Under the pieces are notes generated by a model. It worked only from the letters and a program-made list of their open reading frames with translations, did not search any database and was not told the origin of the DNA. A DNA stretch of 64,000 nucleotides, from contig CAWDGJ010000002.1 in assembly GCA_963801815.1 (NCBI GenBank), positions 256,001 through 320,000 of the forward strand, given 5' to 3'. This document shows, one piece after another, positions 58,071 through 64,000 of this stretch (its first letter is position 1; each line of letters begins with the position of its first letter). The position numbers were made by a program, and so were the translations under genes. This DNA is from an uncultured Verrucomicrobiae bacterium (GTDB taxonomy: Bacteria > Verrucomicrobiota > Verrucomicrobiia > Chthoniobacterales > UBA10450).

Positions 58071-59466
58071 GAGGTCTTTCAACCGCACCAGCAGTTTCTC
58101 GTGAATGTTGTCGAAGCCGCCGTTGCTGAACACCGTCACCACGTCCTTCTTTTTCAACATCGGCACGATTCGATCGACAATCGCGTCCGCGTTTTTTTCG
58201 TAAAACGCCGGACGGCCGTCTTTCGCAATTGCTTCGACCACCGCTTCCGGATGCAAGCGCTCATTCTCCGGGATTTGCTCCAGCCGCGCGACCTGCGAAA
58301 TGAAAACGCCGTCCGCCAGCTTGAATGCCTCCGGCAATTCCTTTTGAAACACCGCACGCCGCGTCGTGTTCGAGCGCGGCTCGAAAATCGCCCAGAGCCG
58401 CTGCCCCGGAAAACGATGTCGCAACGCCTCCAACGTCTGCGCGATCGCCGTCGGATGATGTCCGAAATCGTCGATCACTTTCACGCCGCCCGCTTCGCCC
58501 CGCACTTCCTGCCGGCGCGCGATTCCCTGAAAACTTTTCAGCGCGGTGTCGATTTTTGCTTTCGGCACGTCGTAAAATCGCGCGGCGGTCGCGGCCATCG
58601 CTGCGTTGCGCACGTTGAATTCGCCGACCATCGGGATTTCGTAAACGTCGTCGCCCAGTTTGAAACCGCGACCCGCTCGGTGGAATAAGCCACATCGCGG
58701 ATCCGTTGCGCGCAATTCTTCGAGAAGCCGACCTCAACCATTTGGGCGAGGCAATCCTTGGCGACTTCGACGCAATTGTGGTCGTCGCCGTTGATCAGCA
58801 CCATTCCGTTTTCGGGGACGATGTTGAGCAAACGCTTAAAGCTCAGTTTGATCTCGTCGATGTTGTTAAAGATGTCGGCGTGATCGAACTCGATGTTGTT
58901 CACGATCACCAGCTCGGGCAGGTAATGAATGAACTTCGAGCGCTTGTCGAAAAACGCGGTGTCGTATTCGTCGCCTTCGATCACGAAATACTTGGAATCG
59001 TTGAGCCGCGCGCCCTGGCCGAAGATTTTTCGGGATGCCGCCAATCAGGTAACCGGGTTTGCGTCCGGCTTTCTCCATGATCCAGGCCAGCAATGCAGTG
59101 GTGGTGGTTTTTCCGTGTGTGCCGGTGACGACGAGATTGTGTCTGCCGCGCAGAAAATAATTTTTCAGAACTTCCGGCAGCGAGAGGTAAAAAAGTTTCC
59201 GATTGAGAACGGCTTCCACTTCCGGGATTGCCGCGTTTCATCGCGTTGCCGATCACGACCACATCGGCGTCGGCCGGAATATTTTCCTTGTCGTAGCCGC
59301 GATGAAGTTTGATTCCCCGCTCCTCGAGAAAGGTCGACATCGGCGGATAAACGTTTTCGTCCGAGCCGGTGACGGTGAATCCGCGTTCGCGCAACGCCGC
59401 CGCGACTGCGCCCATGGCCGTGCCGCAGATCCCGAGGAAATGAAATTTTTGCGGCGCTTTTGTCAT
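58068..59466 (-). CDS. mpl: Murein peptide ligase Mpl; several indels
   Basis: HFLGICGTAMG, YPPMST, GTHGKTTT, EGDEYDTAFFDKRSKF, DDFGHHPTAI, FEPRSNT, FSNGGF. Confidence 0.93.
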
Positions 59467-59544
59467 CACGCGTAGTTCTTTACCGCACGATGGGGACTTT
59501 GCGAGTCAAACGATAAGCTTTGCTCGCGCCGCCCAAAACACCAG

Positions 59545-59661
59545 ATCCCAGTTCCCAAATCCCAGGAAAACTCCAATCGCCAAGCTCTAAAGCCGTCGGG
59601 GTGGTTAGAATATCGGAATTCTAGATTTCCTTGGGGTTTGGGATGTGGGACTTTGGGATTT
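59545..59661. repeat. Inverted heptamer arrays (TCCCAA / TTGGGA)
   Basis: atcccag ttcccaa atcccag ... cttgggg tttggga tgtggga ctttgggattt. Confidence 0.7.
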
Positions 59662-59681
59662 CCGGCTGCATGCAGCCGGCG

Positions 59682-61812
59682 CTATTTCTTCTTAAACACT
59701 TCGACTGCGTTCCAAGCCTCGTCCGGCGGCGATTGGTCGTACTCGAGCGCACTGACGAGGTACATTTTTGCGAGAGCGTCGTCCGGATAAAATTCGAGAA
59801 AGTGCGAGAACAGGATCTTGGCGTCTTTAAAATCGCGCTTCCGGAACTTCGCGATCGCTTCTTCGTAGGTTTGCAACCATTTCAAAAACTCAGGGTCGAC
59901 ATCGTCGCTCCGAGCGCCGATTAACGTGAAAACTTCCATGGGCTCTGTTTTTCCCTTCACTTGCACGCGCGCGACCGACCGCAAATGAAATTCATCTTTC
60001 GCAAGCTCAGTCGCGCTTCGCCCAATTAAAATGTCCACGCCGTAAGTCCGCGTCAGGCCTTCCAAGCGCGACGCGAGATTGACCGCGTCGCCGATGACGG
60101 TCGGGTCGAGGCGTTCGTGCGGCTCATAGGAACCAATGTTTCCGACAACTGCATCGCCGTGATTGATGCCCACGCCAAACGCGAGCGGATCCACACCTTT
60201 CGTTTGCCATGCCTCGTTCAGCTTCGGCATTGCTTTACGCATCCCAAGCGCGGCACGAATCGCTGCCTTCGCATCTTCCGCTTCACCGCGACTGCTGACG
60301 TTGCCCCAAACCGCCATGATTGCGTCGCCGATGAACTTGTCGAGCGTTCCACCATTGTCGAAAACCATCGGCACCATCGCGCTGAGATATTCATTGAGTC
60401 GCGGAACCAAAACCGTCGGATCGGATTTTTCGACCAAACTGGTGAAGCCTACGAGATCGGAAAACAGTACGGTGACGGGTTTACGCGAACCCAGCATCGA
60501 GCTGTAATAGCCGCCCGGGTTTTCCAGAATTTCTTTGACCAGGTTTTTCGAAACGTAACGCTCGAGCGTGCGACGCGTCCGCAGTTTCTCCAGCCGCTCC
60601 AATGCATACTCAAACCCGAGCCCGGACAATCCGCTGGTGAGAAACGCACTGATCGGCGGGACGACCATCAGAAGCAAGCCAACGCGATCGTAAAGAATTC
60701 TCGCCAGACCGAGATAAGCGGCGGCGATTAGAATTAGTGCGGCAAAAGTCATCAACGGTCTCCGCAGAAACGCGACTACCGCCCAAGCTGTTAATCCGCC
60801 GATCAAAACCAAAATGAAACCGATCCGAATCGGCGTGTCCCGAAGAAATTCGTGATCCATGCGCTGCAGCCAGGGCGTACAAATGAAAAGCAGGGCCGGG
60901 GGTCTCCGGATTGACCGGTGTGTCGAAGACGTCGTGTGCGATTTGCGAGGACGCGCCTACGATGACGATCTTGTCCTTAAAGAAGGCGCCATCTTGATAG
61001 TTCGCCTTCCAAAACTTCGGATCGAAAATCTCCCACAGTGGCCGTGGGGGATAAGCGTCCATTTCTCCAAAGCGCAGGAGGTGTCCTTCCAAGTCGTTCG
61101 GAATGTCATTGGCGCGCCCTAATTTTCTGAGCGCCCGCGTGCTTAGCGCTTCGTACGGTTTCTCATCGGGCAATGGATCGTTTCCGAGCAACTGTTGACC
61201 CGTAAATCGATACCAGACAGAACGAATTCTACCGTCGAGCGGATCCGGAAAAATAATCACGCAACCAACGCGGTCATCCTCCATTTGCGGAGCCGGGATC
61301 AAATCTGAGGTGGGCGGCACATTCACAGTCATGCTTCCCAGTTGCCGGACTTGCGACAAATCGAAGTTCGCGCCGATTACGACCTTGTCGCGATAACGAT
61401 CCAGAGCGGCCCGAAAGATTTCGTCGCCCTCTTTCGGTTTATCGAAAACGATATCGAACATGACCAGCCGGGCACCCGCTTGAAAGAGGCGGTCGAGCAA
61501 AAGCCCCCAAAGTTCTCGCGACCATGGGTAACCGTGTTCGCTCATCAGTTGCAACGGACGATTGTTCGACCAGTCCTCTTCTTCCGCTTTCAACGACAAG
61601 CTGGTCTGATCGATTCCGAGAAAAACAAAATCATTATGCGTTTTGGTTTTGCGGCCTTCGCGCCGCAACACATCGGCAAAACTGCGTTCGCCGCGCCAAA
61701 TGACAGAAAGAAACGGCGCGGTCGGAAAAAAATGGGCCAGCGAAACCAGGCCTGTCCAAAAAGCCGCGATCAGGCTCAGTATGAGCAACCGATGGCGATG
61801 GAGCCAATGCAC
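59682..61812 (-). CDS. CHASE2-domain class III adenylate cyclase; indel near 60865
   Basis: CHASE2 (LGIDQ..YPWSR..FDIVF..FKDKIVIVG), three TM helices, cyclase LFSDLVGFT, DKFIGDAIMA, D..VIGDAVNLASRLE. Confidence 0.92.
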
Positions 61813-61898
61813 GGGCGGATTATATCAGAAATCCGTTACAACGTTAAATCGTTACATCGTTAAAATGGGAAAAGAGTGGCGAAACATGATGACGAGGC

Positions 61899-62026
61899 CA
61901 AATCCGAAATCCGAATAACGAAATTCGAAACAAATTCGAATGGCCAAAATCTCAAATCATTAAGGAGTTTGGAATTTTTAGATTTCGGGCTTGTTTCGGA
62001 TTTCGAAATTCGAGATTGGAATTTTT
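61899..62026. repeat. Long imperfect palindrome built of heptamers (CGAAATY / RATTTCG)
   Basis: caaatccgaaatccgaataacgaaattcgaaacaaattcgaat ... gatttcgggcttgtttcggatttcgaaattcgagattggaattt. Confidence 0.75.
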
Positions 62027-62062
62027 GATTTGCGGTTGTCATCCGTCATTTTTTACCTACCT

Positions 62063-62208
62063 TCTCCGCCCCGTCGCTAACGCGCCGGTCGTCTTTCCAC
62101 CTGTCCAAACCCGCTACGGCGGGACGGGACTTATCAGCGAGCGAGGTCGGAGAGATCGATAATTAAACGAACAGCCCGCTGAACGAGGAGTCCCGCCAGT
62201 GGCGGGAC
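62063..62208 (+). promoter_or_regulatory. Putative structured leader upstream of rplT
   Basis: Stems TCTCCG/CGGAGA and TCGCT/AGCGA enclosing CCCGC-TACG-GCGGG; then GTCCCGCC-AGT-GGCGGGAC ending 10 nt before the ATG. Confidence 0.4.
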
Positions 62209-62218
62209 ATAACAAAAA

Positions 62219-62605
62219 ATGCCAAGAGCCACCAACGCGCCGGCCAGCCGCGCGCGCCGCAAACGAGTTATCAAGTCCGCCAAAGGTTATCGCGGACGCA
62301 GATCAAAACTTTTCCGTTACGCCAAAGACGCGACCATGAAAGGCAAGTATTGGGCCTATCGCGATCGCAAAACGCGCAAACGCAATTTCCGTTATCTGTG
62401 GATCCAACGACTCAACGCCGCCGCGCGGGCGAACGGAATGACCTACAGCCGTTTCGCCGAAGGCTTGAAAGCCGCCGGCATCGGACTCGATCGCAAAATT
62501 CTCGCCGACATCGCGGTCAACGACGAGACCGCGTTCAAAGCGATTGTCGAACAGGCGAAGAGCGCGCTCGACGAGAAAGCGAAATCGAAGAAAAAGGCGG
62601 CGTAG
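62219..62605 (+). CDS. rplT: 50S ribosomal protein L20
   Basis: [42 protein letters not shown]. Confidence 0.98.
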   Translation: MPRATNAPASRARRKRVIKSAKGYRGRRSKLFRYAKDATMKGKYWAYRDRKTRKRNFRYLWIQRLNAAARANGMTYSRFAEGLKAAGIGLDRKILADIAVNDETAFKAIVEQAKSALDEKAKSKKKAA

Positions 62606-62611
62606 GTTTTC

Positions 62612-62682
62612 TGTAGCGGCGGTCTATGACCGCCGCAATTATTGCGGAATAATTTTGCGACGCTCGCAGAGCGCTCGCTACA
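62612..62682. repeat. REP-like double-hairpin element (TGTAG...CTACA)
   Basis: tgtagcggcggtctatgaccgccgc ... gcgacgctcgcagagcgctcgctaca; left half matches 18475..18501 on the minus strand. Confidence 0.8.
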
Positions 62683-62691
62683 ACGTTTGTC

Positions 62692-63707
62692 ATGGCTCAT
62701 CCGCTGGAACAACTGCGCGACGCCGCGCTGCGCGAGATCGAATCCGCCGGAGACGAGCAAGCGCTCGAGACCGCGCGGGTAAAATATCTCGGACGCAGCG
62801 GCAGCATTTCGGCCTGGGGCGAGCAAATGAAGACGCTCTCCAAGGAAGAAAAGCCGGTCGTGGGCAAGCTGCTGAACGAAGTTCGCACCGCAGTCACAAG
62901 TGCGATCGAATCGCGCACCGCCCATTTCCGTTCGCAAAAAGAATCAGGGGCACTGGCCAAGATCGACATCTCGCTGCCCGGAACGCCGCGCGAGATCGGC
63001 GCGCTTCATCCCCTCACTCAGATGTGGGAACGTTCGATCGAGATTTTCCGGCGAATGGGCTTCGCGCTCGCTGACGGACCGGACATCGAAGATGAATGGC
63101 ATTGTTTCGACGCGCTTAACACGCCGCCGGAACATCCGGCGCGCAACGAACAGGACACATTTTATCTGCCGGACGGCCGACTGCTCCGCACCCACACTTC
63201 GACCGTGCAAATTCGCACGATGCAAACCGCCGAGCCGCCCATTCGCGTGATCTCTCCCGGCGCCGCTTATCGGCGCGATGAGCTCGACGCGACACACAGC
63301 CCGCAGTTCCACCAAATCGAAGGACTTTACGTCGATGAAGATGTCAGCGTCGCCGATCTCAAAGGCACGCTCGAGTTTTTCATGCGCGAGCTTTTCGGCT
63401 CGGATACCAAGGTGCGATTTCGTCCACATTTCTTTCCGTTTACCGAGCCGAGCTTCGAGATCTACGTGAAATCGAAAGCGCTGAAAGGCGGCGAGCAATG
63501 GATCGAAGTCGGCGGCTCCGGCATGGTGCATCCAGCCGTCTTCGAGCAGGTCAATAAAGCGCGCGGCGACAATGCCTACGATCCGGAAAAATGGAGCGGC
63601 TTCGCCTTCGGCCTCGGAATGGACCGGCTGGCCATGATCTTGTTCGACATCCCGGACATCCGCCACTTCGCCAAAACGATTTGCGGTTCTTAAGGCAATT
63701 CGCATGA
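62692..63707 (+). CDS. pheS: Phenylalanine--tRNA ligase alpha subunit; 1-nt indel near 63672 hides the true end
   Basis: HPARNEQDTF, LRTHTS, FHQIEGL, FPFTEPS, GFAFGLGMDRL; shifted frame gives NDLRFLRQFA-stop. Confidence 0.97.
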
Positions 63708-63730
63708 AGAGCTTTTCAAAACACAACACG

Positions 63731-63850
63731 TGTCATTCCGAGTGGAGCGAGGAATCTCCCCTACCCGCACACTGTCACGCAAACCACATCCAGTCTCGCT
63801 CGGACGCGCCCGTTCTGATGCGAGATCCCTCACATTCGTTCGGGATGACA
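63731..63850. repeat. Palindromic interspersed repeat between pheS and pheT
   Basis: tgtcattccgagtggagcgaggaatctc...gagatccctcacattcgttcgggatgaca. Confidence 0.8.
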
Positions 63851-63863
63851 GAGATCTTGCGTC

Positions 63864-64000
63864 ATGAAATTTTCCGTCAACTGGCTCCGCGAATTTGTCG
63901 AGTCTTCCGGAAGATCCTGAAGACGTCGCCGATTTGCTGACGCGCGCCGGTGTCGAAACCGAAAACATCGAAATGCGCGGCGCGAAGATCGATCACGTGA
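63864..64000 (+). CDS. pheT: Phenylalanine--tRNA ligase beta subunit, 5' end only
   Basis: MKFSVNWLREFV...ADLLTRAGVETE, directly after pheS. Confidence 0.85.

Overview
A GC-rich bacterial core-genome segment. Gene content and protein style suggest a soil Verrucomicrobiota of the Chthoniobacterales/Spartobacteria type (inference, not searched). It carries hppA, tRNA-Thr-tuf-tRNA-Trp-secE-nusG-rplK, ispA, tsaD, a TonB receptor, rfaD, alaS, recA, ribD, dnaG-rpoD, thiH-thiS, mreBCD-mrdA-rne, rpe, gspD/gspE, mpl, a CHASE2 adenylate cyclase and rplT-pheS-pheT. Many genes, including essential ones, are split by small indels in clusters. This looks like uncorrected long-read error rather than real pseudogenisation. 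No CRISPR array, transposase, integrase or prophage was seen. Most notable observations: (1) a divergent cobalamin riboswitch that keeps a compensated L5-L13 kissing loop (UUGCG/CGCAA) while carrying three repeat insertions in peripheral positions; (2) a pervasive set of 7-nt-periodic, often self-complementary repeats with different unit sequences, one of them translated inside alaS; (3) a second insertion of about 55-60 aa in AlaS; (4) an anti-sigma-like plus DUF3106-like gene pair behind the primary sigma rpoD instead of an ECF sigma; (5) split ribosomal operons (rplK without rplA; rplT without infC-rpmI, preceded by a structured leader); (6) two tandem paralogous secreted proteins with an IRNFTQ...IAGPA signature, divergent from gspD.
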